DNA of 64,000 bases from Diadema antillarum. Lineage: Eukaryota. This document shows positions 47,873-60,970 of the stretch, in pieces (the stretch's first letter is position 1; every line of letters starts with the position of its first letter). The stretch is from positions 372,001 to 436,000 of the forward strand of contig NW_027271539.1 of NCBI RefSeq assembly GCF_040938485.1, read 5' to 3'. The position numbers were made by a program, and so were the translations under genes. The notes below the pieces were generated by a model that saw only the letters and a list, made by a program, of their open reading frames with translations, searched no databases and had not been told where the DNA came from.

Positions 47873-50273
47873 GTAAATGGCGTTATTTTTACTTCAAACA
47901 ATAAAGATAAATACTGTGTTTGCATCAGAATTTATTCTTTGGTATGCAAGTGCCTATACTCAGTGTGCCACAAGACTGTGCCATAGAAATCTATTTTGTG
48001 TTAATGTGTTTGTCAAAGTGATGCACTGATCAATACTATATGAAGGTCATATCTTCTTTATCAAGGTGTCAAAGACACAAAAATCAATTTTGACCTTGTG
48101 GAAACAAGCTTGTTATGTGAGTGCTTTTATTTGTTTCTTCCGTCATTTTATATATACATATATTTTGTTCGTAATGATTCTAATGACTACTTTAACATGA
48201 TTACAGTACCCCATCTTGTTACTGTTTTTGCCTCAGAAGGACATGTATAGCTTCCACCAATCTAAATTTAGTGCCTAAAGTAAATGTCAAAACAAAATCA
48301 TTACAACTAATTGTGGGTAAATGACAAAAACAGGGCACAATTTTCTAATCAGTTGCCTTTGTTATGTCACATTAAAGAGTTTATAAATATCTGTCTTTCA
48401 GCTAATGTTTATGTTCACTGAGGCTCTAATCAGCAGTGATAAAAATAACATGCAAAATGAAAGCACAGGCAATGAAATAACCCATGTTATTGTCGCTGAT
48501 GAACACTGTATGTTTGTTCATGTCAGCTTCACTTTTTCCAAGCATTGTTTGTATGGTAATCTCTGATTTTCTCTTTGAAAAAAGAAAATGATCTCATCTA
48601 TATGTTAGTGACAATTTGTCTCCAAGTTCATGTGTGTACAGTTGGCATTACATATTTTCTTCAATAGTTGGCCACAAGAAAATGAAACTGTACCATAACT
48701 CTGATAGGATTTTCATGCAGTGTCCATGTCTATAAGTGACAAAATGACCTCTTCCTTCCGACATATTGAATCCTCACAGACTTTAAAGGTAAAATATAGT
48801 TCTCAGAAGGACTCAAACCAAATCTAACACCATTGGGAATTTCTTTTATACAATACTATATACAGAAAGGTCCTACTAAGAAACTTGTCTCACTAGCGGC
48901 AGTCACACTGGCAAAAGTTTAAGATTGCTATTTTTAGGATCTCAATGATTTGCCAGTGTGACTGCAAACTTCATCGCTAAACGTCTCCTGAAACTTCCCA
49001 CTCTAACTGGGGGTATTTCCCCCACCCCTGCCAAACTTCTTGATCTCTTGCCAGTGTGAAGGCTAGCAACTAAAACTTTGCAAAGTTTGTCATGTGACCA
49101 GTCCACCATCTTTTTGCAGACGGTGTCTCTGAAGCCCACGGTCATTGTGAGGAACAGGAGTGTATTGTTCAGTCACAATCATTCTTTCTTTTTTCTTGCA
49201 CACGCACACTAGTGACCCAAACTTCTCGATCCAAAAGTCGAGAGGTTTGGCTGCCAGTCTGAATGGACGACAAAAGGTTGCGAAGACTTTGTCATCTTAA
49301 ACTTAAAGATCTTTTGTCAGTGTGACTGTGGCTGTTGATGCAGTTTGCCGTATGATAAGTTGTTTTGAATTTTGTGAGATAAAAATTGTGAAATAATCTA
49401 GATTACCGGATAACTGTAGAGTACCAGACCCTCCCTGTTCAGTATTGTGTATTAAAAATAAAACACTACATGATGATCGATCATGCCCTAGCAGCTGTAG
49501 TATATTCTTACAAGCTGTATGCAATTAACACCCACACAAAGATTGATGGATACAGCTACATGTATGGCCCAATTTGTAATTGATCATAAAACGTTACATG
49601 ACAACCATGATGATTGGATATGTTTCTCATATTGCAATGTTTTTTGCATGTCTTTTTGGCTAACATTTTGCATTTTTGTCATTACCCGTGCTGAAATCAA
49701 GTTATAACAGTAATATTTCATACATGTCAGTATACGTGATTGTGTTGTATCCATTTTAGGGCAAAATTGGCAGTTTCTGCAGGCATATGGAAACCATGTT
49801 TTATCTTTTAAAGGAAATCACGAGATTCTAGAAGACAATGGCATAAGACTATATGTGCTCTGAGTGCTGATTGGCACAGAAAACCCCATAGCACTGTCTT
49901 AGTGTGCACACTGCCTAAAGCCCATGGCAGACAAAGGCTTAAAAAGCCTAGTGATGGATATATATATCACTTGTTCACAAAACCAACAAAAGTCGCCAGA
50001 CATGGATTTATATTGAAGAGCAGATATTGAAAGAGCAAACTTTATGCTTTATAATGATGTATACCTCAATTCAAATGGAGTCTCCTAACCTTTCTAAATA
50101 TCGGAAAGAAAGCACGCGCTCCAGAAAAGTGTGAACCGAGAAAAGAGGCTCTGAAGTACAGAGTCTTTTCAAGTACTTAATCTTCACCAAACTGTGCTAG
50201 CTGTGTGATGAATGGGACAAAAAACAGGATGTAAACCACTGGAGCAACAACAATGAAGAGATTATCAGATTAA

Positions 50274-51036
50274 CCCTATTCTAACTGGGGGGGGTCAATT
50301 TGACCACCCCTCGACGTTTCACGCCACGATTTCGCAATGCGCACAATTTTGCTGCGTCGTTTCATGACTTTTTTCATTGAAGTCTCCCGCATATTTAAGA
50401 CCAAATTTGCGACGTCCGGGTACACCATTTTGAAGTTACGTAATGTTTTGCATATGCATGTCAACCAAAAAACAGCTCAAATTCATGATATCGTGTGCAA
50501 ATCCAATGCAAATTGTGTTTTTTGGTTTAATTGATATAAATTAGATTATTTCAACTTTTAACCATTGAAATTAATCAATTCTAGTGTAGATAAGCCTGAA
50601 AAAGTGCCTGCAACAAATTTTGGCAAAAAAACAATAGAAAACAATAGGTCGAAAAAACAATAAAATATATAAGAAATTAACAAAACAATAAAAAACAAAA
50701 GAAACTGATTTCAATTGTGCTATTTTTTTACACGAAAATTGTTTGATGTGTCTTGAGGAATTCTGACACAAAAATTTAGCAATCCTCCAGTCTTTTTAAT
50801 GGTGTTATAGGTGAAAATATGATTTCATGCACAAATTTGCATAATTAATTTATTAAAAATAGAAAGCCAATATTTTTCTATTGTATGACCATGTAATCTT
50901 GTAGTTGACATCCAGCTCTATCTTCAGGCAAAATTTCGCGGTGATTGCGCGATCGGCGCCCGAGATCTGAAGGGGGGTCAAAATACCCCCCCCCCCCAGT
51001 AAAAACTTGGTCTCAAATAGCCCAGTTAGAATAGGG
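50274..51036. mobile_element. piggyBac-like MITE
   Basis: TTAA|CCCTATTCTAACTGGG...CCCAGTTAGAATAGGG|TTAA. Confidence 0.9.
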
Positions 51037-51520
51037 TTAAGCTGAAATTGAGCATGCTTTATCAACATATTCTGTCCAAGATTAATGCCAACTTTCAAAG
51101 CAGTAGCATTATCCTTTCTAAAGTTATTGGAGTTGAAATTGAAGAGTGTGTACAAGATGTTAAACAAGTATAAAACACACCTAATTACCGTATTCTACAA
51201 AAAAAAAAAGTGTTTGAGAAAACCTGTGAAAGACACAATTTCTTGTTCATTTTGTGATCCCAAACTTTAGCATAATGTAGAAGAAGACTTGCTCTTTCAG
51301 AAAATATGAAAGACTCAAGATTTGCTAGGTTGACCAGTTTCACCTATTTTCAGTCCTCACACAAAATCAGCACATGCGAATTTTAGTTGGTTTTGTGATA
51401 CAAGGTCACATATATCACTTGTTCACTCAAATGTGGGAGCTCATTGTCCCTTGTGTTCAAATTCACAGGACAAGAAATGTTGGAGTTGGTCACTTATTGT
51501 TCTGTGTTGTTGACTGGCAG

Positions 51521-51639
51521 GTAATTTTGACGAGTCAGTTCAATGAGGGCGGAGCAGCGCAGATTCATTTTGACATGACTAAGGGTCTGTTCCCGCTCTT
51601 CGGTGAATTCACGCAGCGACCAGAGAACTTCTTCAAGGA
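51521..51639 (+). CDS. RINT1: RINT1 exon 13 (last exon found in window)
   Basis: Acceptor tggcag|; VILTSQFNEGGAAQIHFDMTKGLFPLFGEFTQRPENFFK (hallmark FNEGGAAQ..FDM motif); donor GA|GTAAGT; phase 0 to 2; no stop codon reached. Confidence 0.95.
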
Positions 51640-52333
51640 GTAAGTACACCTATTCAATAGAAAAGAACTGCAACTGATTAACAATTGTCTCCAGGGAGAT
51701 TACTAGCTGTTTTATCTATTCATGTATCATTATCATTATTATTATTATTATTTTTTTTTTGCAGAGCGATATTCTCATTCTCATTTGGTTGCTGATTCTT
51801 AATCAGAATCCAACCACTTGCGAAATTGTCTTGCAAGTCCCAATTCACAAAATGTTAATCTGGTGAAATGTTTGGTGTTTGCTGTGCACGTAAAGTCTTT
51901 TTCTTGCAGAACCAAGGACATATCATGCTTCTTCTTCTTTCCTTTTTTCCTTTTTTTTTTTCTAATTTCCCTCACTTTAGTAGGTATAGTTTTTCTCCAA
52001 AACATTTTTAAAAATGTATCAGTTCTTTCCACATTTGGTTACCTACCTGCATTTCAGCAATCTGTATTTGCCCAAACTTACAGCCTGACTTCCAGTCATG
52101 GTCCCTAATACTGTATATGCTTTATATTTTGTGACCATTGCATTAACTTCACAATTGAAAACTTCACAATTGAAAACAACAAGTTATGTGATGAAATAAG
52201 TATCATTTATATTTTGATTTAAGAGAAAAGTCAGCAGTCTGCTGTTGCTATTCTGTTAGCTGCACAGATTGCCAGCTTTTTGGTATTCATACATATAAAT
52301 GTTATTCAGTTTAAGTCTGTTTTTTTTTTTTTA

Positions 52334-52338
<5 letters not shown>

Positions 52339-52378
<40 letters not shown>
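52339..52378. repeat. (TG)n microsatellite
   Basis: Direct reading. Confidence 0.97.
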
Positions 52379-52381
<3 letters not shown>

Positions 52382-54290
52382 TAGGTCTGTATGTTTGTTT
52401 CTTTATTTGTAATGACTCATGTAAAAAGCAAGGCTAGCATCACACATGTCTCCCTGCCTTGGTGGACTGTTCTACTCGCCAAGAGTTTCATGTGATTTGT
52501 TAATAGTGTCAACCTACCGAGAATTGCCCAAGATGTACATGTACAATTCACTGGCTTGAACAAGATACTACCATCTCAAGAGAAACGAATTGCAAATCAA
52601 GCTCTGTGTTTGAGACATGGATAACACTATGTACAAATTTAGAAGTATGGAGATGAATTTGTTATGCGATGTACGCTGGAAATTTGACAGCTACTGTCTT
52701 ATATCTTATGAGTACAGATAATATAACTGGTCATTCTTCAGGCATGTATAAGTTGTGCAAGGGCTCACATCACAGAGCAATCTGGTGTCTGTCAAAATAT
52801 AGTGATATGAACCAAACCCTCTTGGTGAGAGTTCAAATAAAGTGACAGACTGATGAACGTTTTAGACTACTCTGCTTTTATTACCTTTCTCCTCCTTTCC
52901 GTCTGACTGTATTTTATTTCATTCTAATTTTGACCAACTGATTTTTTTTTTTTTTTTAATGGTAGTAGTGGAGAGGGGCAGTTAACGGCAAGAGTAACTA
53001 CTCTCCCTTTCGCTCGCTCTTTTTATGGGATGGGAATTGGGTGAAGGGATGCATGAGAGGTGAGGAGAGGGTGGGGTGGAGGAAGGGTGTTAAGTGTAAA
53101 AAGAACCAACACAGCAGACCAGGGCTTACTGTTGTTATCTTGCCAGAAGAAGGCATAGTTGTATCAGGATATAATTGTTGTCTGGTTATTGAGATCATTC
53201 TTATTAACTGACATGGTCAAACTAAAATGGGACAGTGGTCCTGTATTGTGATTACTGCAGAAGTGGACATTTTCACAGTGTGAAAACTTTGCTCATTTCG
53301 CCCATCCAGAAACTAGACAAAAATACAAGCTTGAATTGTAAAGGTTCATCTGATTGGTGATTTCATAGAAATACGTTCCTTTTTCACAATCATCATCTAC
53401 GACGCAGTCCAAAGAAGCCACCAGTCGTAGGCGAAAGTACTCACATAGGTATAAAAACAATTTTATTGTGAAAAAAGAGCATTTTTCAAAAAATAGAAAT
53501 AAAAGCATGCAAATGTTTCTGCTTGACATATACATTCCAGTAATAAATGTCTTGATTCTACGGAATTAGAAACGTGAAATTTTCTTACCCAGCCGAGCCT
53601 GAAGAATTACTCACGGAAAAATATCCACTTTTACAATGCGTGAATGGTGATTCCCTATTGGCACTTCCCTTTTACATTGCTTGTGTAGTTGGAATGTATT
53701 TTAAGTACAGGCTATTGCTGTGCCACTAGATAAAGTCTTAAGTAAAATACATAGGCTAGCCCTTATGACATGAATTAAGTAATTGCCTATCAAAATGAAT
53801 AAAGTGTACAACCTGATGTTACTGCAGTCACTGCATAATTATTTCTGTCGTGGCCTTAGATATGACAGAATTAGTTATGCACAGAGCAGGAGAAGTACAT
53901 ATTTGTATACGTTGTAATGCCACCATTGTCAAGCAGTAACTTGCTGTAGTTTTTTTACTTTGTTTCTTTATGATTGTTTTGTGAGCCACTGCCACTGTCT
54001 TATTGCTGCTGTTTAATGTTAGCTTTATAATAGTGACATATACTGCCATGTAATTCACCCTCATGTCCCCGCAGTAAGACAGGTTATTGCCTGCATCTCA
54101 TGGCTGTGTGATGATTGATGTTATACAAACTTGTCTTTCTGTCTAGGGTCATATTTCTGGTGTCAGTATCGTGCATTTTATTCAGCTGCCAATAATACGT
54201 AGTCTCGATGTTGAATATTTTTGTCTCTGCAGGTTGTTGTTTTTATTCATTATTGATATTTTAAAGATTGTACATTTCATTTGAACATAA

Positions 54291-54376
54291 CCCGTTGACG
54301 ATGGGCTGATTTTGCTCCAACACGCATTTCCCATAGACACCTGCCCGAGTATAACTCGGGACTCGTCCTCAACGGG
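54291..54376. mobile_element. Very short piggyBac-like MITE
   Basis: ATAA|CCCGTTGA...TCAACGGG|TCAA (degenerate TTAA flanks). Confidence 0.55.
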
Positions 54377-55337
54377 TCAATGATCTCTATAATATTATTT
54401 GATACTGAGGGATCCAAGCATACTCTTCACAAGTGCCGGTAATAGGAATGTGATGCAAAGTGTGAACCTGAGTGGGAACAAGTTTTAACCTTTATTTAGA
54501 TAAATGCTTATGCCTCCAGATTTTGGGAAGCACAATAAAGCACAGCTCCCTTTTGCTTCCTTTTCCGAAAAAAGTGAGGAAAAACATCTCTGATATTCCA
54601 GATTTCATTGTTGCGACCAAAAGTGCAGACAACTATTAAAGTATGATTTTAAGAAACTGTTGTTGTCTCATGATGACTGTTTTCCCTCACTGAGTCTGAA
54701 GAATAGCATAAAAATGAAATAACATCCCTGCCATTCTGATCAAAATCAATCTGAATGGGTATATTGAAAATGCAAAGAAATTACAATAATTAGTTGTTTT
54801 TGATGTATAATGAAGATAGGGTGTCTAGTTTCTCCCTGCTCCACAAGCCCTCTCCTTCTCTCTCTCTCCTTCTCTCTTTAGTGATTGTTTTGCCACAATT
54901 GTGACTGGCAAATTGGCACCTGTGTTGTAGGCAGATGTGTGTCTATCCTGCAAAATGTAGTTTGGGTTCAATCTCGGCCAAGCAATGTTGTGTGTTGTCA
55001 TGCTGTCCCCTGTGATGAGAGGCAAAACGTGGGCACCACTCAGATTAGACATGAAATGGAGCCCTGTGTGTCAGGGATCTGCAATTCGTGTTCATGAAAG
55101 AGCCTACTTTAAAAGGGGAGGTTTCCCCAAATATACATGCCAATCGAGTGAATGCAGCAATTAGAATGCATCTTTAAAGTGTGAGGAAAATCCATCAGAA
55201 AGTTATGAATGTTTTGAGTCGTTGTTGCACCATCATCGCTGGATGAGACAACTGCAAGAGTTCACAACAATGATATTTAAAGCAAAACATGGTGAGAATT
55301 TTACTAAAATTTCATTTTATCAGTGGAAAAAAATGGG

Positions 55338-55617
55338 GGTGCTGTTCGTTATTCCGAAGGTTCGCTATTTCGAAGGTTCATTATTCCGAAGGCTGTCAAT
55401 CCGAAACACACAAATTCCCTATACCTACAGGTTCGTTAATCCGAAAATAAAAAAGGGTTCGTTAATCCGAAAATTTGTGGCGCTATTCCGAAGGTTCATT
55501 ATTCCGAAGATTGGTTAATCCGAAAATGAAATTCGGAACAATGAACCCTCGGAATAAGGAATCTTAGGAATAAAGAGCCTTCGGAATAACGAACCTTCAG
55601 AATAACGAGCTGTAACC
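55338..55617. mobile_element. MULE-like foldback MITE made of TTATTCCGAAGGTTC sub-repeats
   Basis: GG...CC termini; flanks AAAAATGGG / AAAAATGGT (8 of 9 match); sub-repeats invert in the right half. Confidence 0.72.
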
Positions 55618-56014
55618 AAAAATGGTACAGTCAGATGTGTGTCTATCTTGAAAAATGTAGTTTGAGTTCATGCTCAGCCAAGCAATGTTGTGTGTTGTCA
55701 TGCTGTCCCCTGCAATCAAAATTTCATTTTGTGTAAAAAGGACACATTGCTTCAACTTGTTACTGACATTGTGTGGATGGTAATGTTAGGTAATGAAGAG
55801 GAGATACATCCAATGGACAACCAAATAAACTTTATCTCAAATCTTAGTATTTTATGTTTGCATTTTTAGTTCACCCAAGCCAAAGGCTCAAGTGAGCTAT
55901 TCTATCACTCATCGTCTGGCATCAGTTGTGTGTAAACTTTTTGAATTATTTTTCATTTTCTTCTTGGCAACCCCTTGACGGATTTTCACTACACTTGGCA
56001 GGTAGCATCCCTTA

Positions 56015-57055
56015 GGATGGGATTTCACGGAGCACACAAACGATTTGCGAAGGACGAGAATGGCAAAATCCAGCAGTCGTATTTTAGTCTGCAAAAGATC
56101 GCCAGTCGAACGTGATGGTTCGGAAGCGTCGTCAGTTGTTCGCGAATGTCGTTTTTACTCCGGCGAAAATTTCAAAAAAGTTTGAAATTTTTTTCCGAAC
56201 CTTTTCCACACACTTGGTCGTGATTTGCTCGTGAATTGTTCTCGAAAGTGTCTTTAAAGCCTCGTCATATGCGCAAGACCTTCGTAAGACACGCGCGATG
56301 TTCGCAAAATGTTCGTGAAACCCCAAACAGACTCCGAAACTTTGGAGAATGTCTCGCGTATGTTACGTGAAATCTGCGAAGTTTTTCCGATCATTTTACG
56401 ACGCAATCGCAAACTGTTCTTGTACCTTTTGAGACATTCTCGCGAACATTTAGCGCACGTTTGGGGATGTATGACCTACGATACGTTTTCTACAAATAAA
56501 AATCGAAGCATACATCTAAACATCAAAAAATTTTTAACAACTATAGTAACAAAAGTAATTAAAGACTATCAAAGAGAAAGAAATATAAAAAAAAATCAGA
56601 GATACACTTAGAATTAATCTAAAGTATGTAAAATTTGAACTGTAGAGATTATGTGTTGGAGGAACTGCAAAAAAAAATCAAATGCTTTACTAGTGGCGAT
56701 ACATGTAGGTTCTAGGAAAAAAAATGTAGGCAATCACACGATAGAGAAATGAGAGAAAAAGAAAGGAGAAATAGAGGAAAGAAAAACAATTCAGCTCAAG
56801 ACAGCTTCCACCTCTCCTTGGGTACATTTTCTCCCATGATTATTGAAAATTTTTCGTTGTTCACATTTCCGTCGCGTGTACTTAAGCAATGATACACACG
56901 ACGTTCGCACATACGTCGTGGAAACTTCGCACAAATTGCGCAAGAATAGTTTTCGGCATCATTGTCGGAATACATTCGGAGAAAAACTTTTCCAAATGTT
57001 GGATTTTGTCATTCGCGTCCTTCGCAAATCGTTCGCGTTCTGTGAAATCCCACCG
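56015..57055. mobile_element. PIF/Harbinger-like TIR element nested in the HINE-like element
   Basis: TTA|GGATGGGATTTCAC...ACGATTTGCGAAGGACG matched in reverse by CGTCCTTCGCAAATCGT...GTGAAATCCCACCG|TAA. Confidence 0.7.
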
Positions 57056-57664
57056 TAAGGAGATAGAATCTCAATTTGTTCACATGGGCACCATGCTCCC
57101 TCCCCCATGGGGCCCCAGCCCCCCCCCCCCCAAGAAAATATGGAATATTTTAAAATCTTCTTCTCTAGAACCAGAAGTGATAGAGCTGAGTTAATGCTAG
57201 AAGTAAGTAGATTGATGACTGTAGTTTCAAGTTTGTTCATGGCAGCTCCAGGGGATGCCCCCTTAGGGCCCTGTGAGGGGGTTCATATTGGGGCCTAAAT
57301 TGTACATTTTCATCTTCTACTTGTCAAATTTTCTCCAAACTTGGCAGATGTTATCGCTAGGGTGATAGAATAGATATTTTCTACAAACTGGCACCATTCC
57401 CCACTTGGGGGTCCCATGGAGCATGATGTCCTGGGGTGGGACAGATAGTGGGAAGAGACAAACAAAACCCCAAAAGTAAGGAATCTTTACAAATATTATT
57501 CTATCAAACCTTAAGCGATATTCAAAGCTGAGTTACAATGTGGTCCATAAAAAGTTAGATTGCTAACTGTAGTTTCAAGTTTGTTCATGGCAGATTGGGG
57601 GCTGGGGCATGGGGGAGGACCAAACTGGAACCAATTTTTATGTTTTCATTATTTTCTTCTTGTA

Positions 57665-57820
57665 NNNNNNNNNNNNNNNNNNNNNNNNNNNNNNNNNNNN
57701 NNNNNNNNNNNNNNNNNNNNNNNNNNNNNNNNNNNNNNNNNNNNNNNNNNNNNNNNNNNNNNNNNNNNNNNNNNNNNNNNNNNNNNNNNNNNNNNNNNNN
57801 NNNNNNNNNNNNNNNNNNNN
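57665..57820. other. Assembly gap (156 N)
   Basis: Run of N. Confidence 1.
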
Positions 57821-58588
57821 AATTCTTGTTTGAAAATTTGAAAATGAGTAAATACATTAGGTTTTAAAAGTGTACTTTCAAGGGTTATTTATGATCAGTC
57901 CAGGGGTAGGGCGGGGACTGAATTAGGGGCCAGTTTTTACACTTTATTCTTTTTTCTTTAAACTGCATTGTCATATTTTCCAAATACAGTATACTTTGCA
58001 GGTATTTTTACCAGTGTAAAAGAATGCGTGGAAGGTGAACTTGTGATACTGATAAGGTACCTAAGGTGAGCGTGAGACCCACAGATCTCCTGTCTAACGA
58101 GTACAGTTGGAATCAATTTCTGTGGCATTCTGTATCCTGTGATATACATACGTAGATGATTAATTGAATTACACATGAACTACATTCAGAGAATCAAAAC
58201 TTATAGAAATGCCTATCAAATGCTTGCCACAGTATTTCATACATCAAGAGAGAGAGAGAGAGCCAGGAATAGACCTTGGGGTTGATCAAATCTAAATTCC
58301 ATTTATCACTAATGGAATGCTAAGTAGATGACATCATAGATTTGTGAATGTGAATATAAAGATAATGCTTCCTTTTTATTTTAGTGTATTCACATAGGAA
58401 TGGCTATCCTCCATGAATTAAGCAAGATGAGCAATAAGATTAGGTCACATAATCACCACTGAGGTCATGTGAACACCTGTGACACATTATCTAGTAACAG
58501 ATTTGTAACCCTGGTGATATACATCATGAGGGGCTTTTACCTTGAGAGTGGGGTGATCTCATTTAGTTAGCAGTTGTTGTTCCTGCTA

Positions 58589-58795
58589 CTGTAAAACATG
58601 ATATATTCGTGGCACGAAATTTTCGCGAATTGGAGCCGACGGCCTTTTTCGTGGCAAGAAATTTTCGCGAAGTGCCTCTTGCGTTCAATGCATATAGTGT
58701 AGATAAGAGATTTCGCGTGCATTTTAATTTCCCGAATCTTGGCGCTCGCGAAATTCACGAAATTAAAATGCATGCGAACATTTCTTGTTTTACAG
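58589..58795. mobile_element. Tc1/mariner-like MITE
   Basis: TA|CTGTAAAACA...TGTTTTACAG|TA with TTCGCGAA sub-repeats. Confidence 0.8.
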
Positions 58796-60585
58796 TATGT
58801 ACATTGTTCAAGCTGTAGTTTACTTGATTGATTGTAAGATTACAAACTTCAACAAAATCAAGAAATATCAATGAATCACCTTTGTCTTCACAGTTTTAAT
58901 TATAGTATTAGTGTCTGGATTGTACATTTTTACCATTTTTACCATTTTGTTGTGTAGGGGTATTTCATTGTAGATAACAAAATTGTTTCAAGTGTAATTG
59001 TAACCATGCTGGTCTTAGGTTTCCTATACAACTGCGCGATTGGTGCAAACAAAAGGAAGTTGGCTGCTGTGCTCGTGACTGCTGAAAATTAGAAGTTCAA
59101 AACTGCATTGATTGTATGGTGTGTTTGAATTATTTAGACATTAATCAGTAATCAGCTACCTGCACAGTTATTGACAATTAGGATGTGCAGACAACAGTAC
59201 CCTATTTCAGATAGTAATATTGCAAGGTGATGTCAAGGGGGGGGGGGGGGGGGGGGGGCGAGGTTGTGGAGGAGGAGCAAATTAGGCTCCATCCACCATT
59301 TCAGCTTGCATTGTTCATGGAAGAGTGTATACATCATCATACTGAATTGCATTTTCAAAGTGCATTGGAGCTTGGAATTGGATTTTGTGTCAGTCATCAC
59401 TCATCAGCATTCACAGTAGACCTGGCTGCTTCTCCGTCCGCCATGTGACATAATGCATGTGGCAAGGGCCCCCAACAATTACGTGCAATCATGAATTACC
59501 CATAGCCCCACCCTGTAAGGGGTCTGGTGCTGTAAGAGTAGACTGTGATAATTGTATCTACCATGGCAACAGTTAAAATTTCTCACAATTAATTTGCTTG
59601 TATTTTAGCAGTTTTACTTCTTTGTAGCTTGTGAATGCTCTGTCCTTTAGATGCAGTATGGGCCTTGATAAATATGTAGTTCAAACACAGGCAGAATAAG
59701 TCAATTTTAATTAAGGCTGTTTTGTAGGACATTAAAGTTTATTCACTGAGAATTCCATTTATTGAGGTTACCAAACTTTGCAAACAGATACGACTTTATG
59801 GGGAAAAAATCCGTGTTAAGGGCAATTCCGTGAAAAATGTTACTTTTCCTAAAAATCCTAAATCAGCAATAATTTAAAAAATATATGAGCTACAGGGACA
59901 ATTTTAGTATCAAATGCTAGAAATTGTCAAGTTCTTCATTTCGTTGATGAAATGGTCATTTCATTGACGAAATAACTGATTTCGTAACGAAATAGGCCAT
60001 GCGACACTTGGCACCCCATAAAAAACTACAGTGTTTGTCTATTTCATAGATATTATCTAATTATTCCTTCATTGTTGTTTTGCTGTGGTGTTTTGTATCC
60101 TGTCTTTTGTCACATTCTTTGCACAGCTAGCAGGGCTTGATATTAAAGATTGAATGCTTGAGTATACCCTATACTTTAAAGCCTCTTTTCTCAGTACACA
60201 CTTTTCCAGAGTATGGCTTTCTTTTCGATATTTACATAGCTTGGGAGAGTCCATTTGAATTGAGTTACACATTATTTTCAAGCATAAAGTCTGCTCTTTC
60301 AGATCTGCCTTTCTCTAGCAATCTATGTCTGGCAACTTTTTGTGGTTTTGTGATGCAGGGTCACAAATAAAAAGAAAATGAAGAATTCAGTGTCTGTAGA
60401 TGTATGAGAGTATGCTGCCAGCAGAATCAAAGAAAACCATTTTTACCTTACACCTTACAAGTGGCAATATTGCATCGCACTCAAACATACACAAGACTAA
60501 GAAAGTCCAGCCTCATGAGTAGGAAGGTCCCCATATGGTCATAGTGGTAGCCAATATGTTATGATCACCTCACTGCTGTTCATAA

Positions 60586-60970
60586 CTAGAAAAGCACTCA
60601 TAGAGCGCAGATCTCTGCCAATAAGCAGCTCATTTCCACTCATTATTATGTATACATGCATGCTGAAAATTGCTGAATTTCCCAATATGCTAGTAAAAGC
60701 CTTTTGTTTACGTCATCTCAAGCCTCAAATCGGCGCAGCTTGAACTCCTAACTTCATCGACCATATCTGCAAAAAGATTGTAAAAATCCCTCAAAAATCC
60801 ATACAAATTCCTGGATCACTACAAAAACTGAATCAACACTTCTTTGTGTCATTATCAACTTTTCCTGCAAGTTTCGTTCAAATCCGGTCACAACTTTTTG
60901 AGTTATTTTGCAAACAGACAAACCAATTTCACTGATCACTTCACCTCCTCCTTCCTTGGCGGAGGTAATT
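60586..60970 (-). mobile_element. HINE-like element
   Basis: Minus strand starts ATTACCTCCGCCAAGGAAGGAGG and ends TTGGCAGAGATCTGCGCTCTATGAGTGCTTTTCTAG. Confidence 0.6.

Larger units (their letters stand above)
55863..58093 (+). mobile_element. HINE-like element with nested insertion and assembly gap
   Basis: 5' TTTTTAGTTCACCCAAGCCAAAGGCTCAAGTGAGC; 3' GGTGAGCGTGAGACCCACAGATCTCCTGT; internal tandem units at ~57180 and ~57525. Continuity across the gap is assumed. Confidence 0.5.

Noticed and set aside
55338-55617. Regular short repeats resembling a CRISPR array (also 43289-43853)
   Set aside because: Eukaryotic context, no unique spacers, and the repeats invert within TIR/TSD-bounded MITEs.
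58015-58065. Possible RINT1 exon 14: ccag|T GTA AAA GAA TGC (VKEC...) with a downstream AG|GTGAGC donor
   Set aside because: Similarity stops after VKEC, and the GGTGAGC donor is the 3' sub-terminal motif of the HINE-like repeat.
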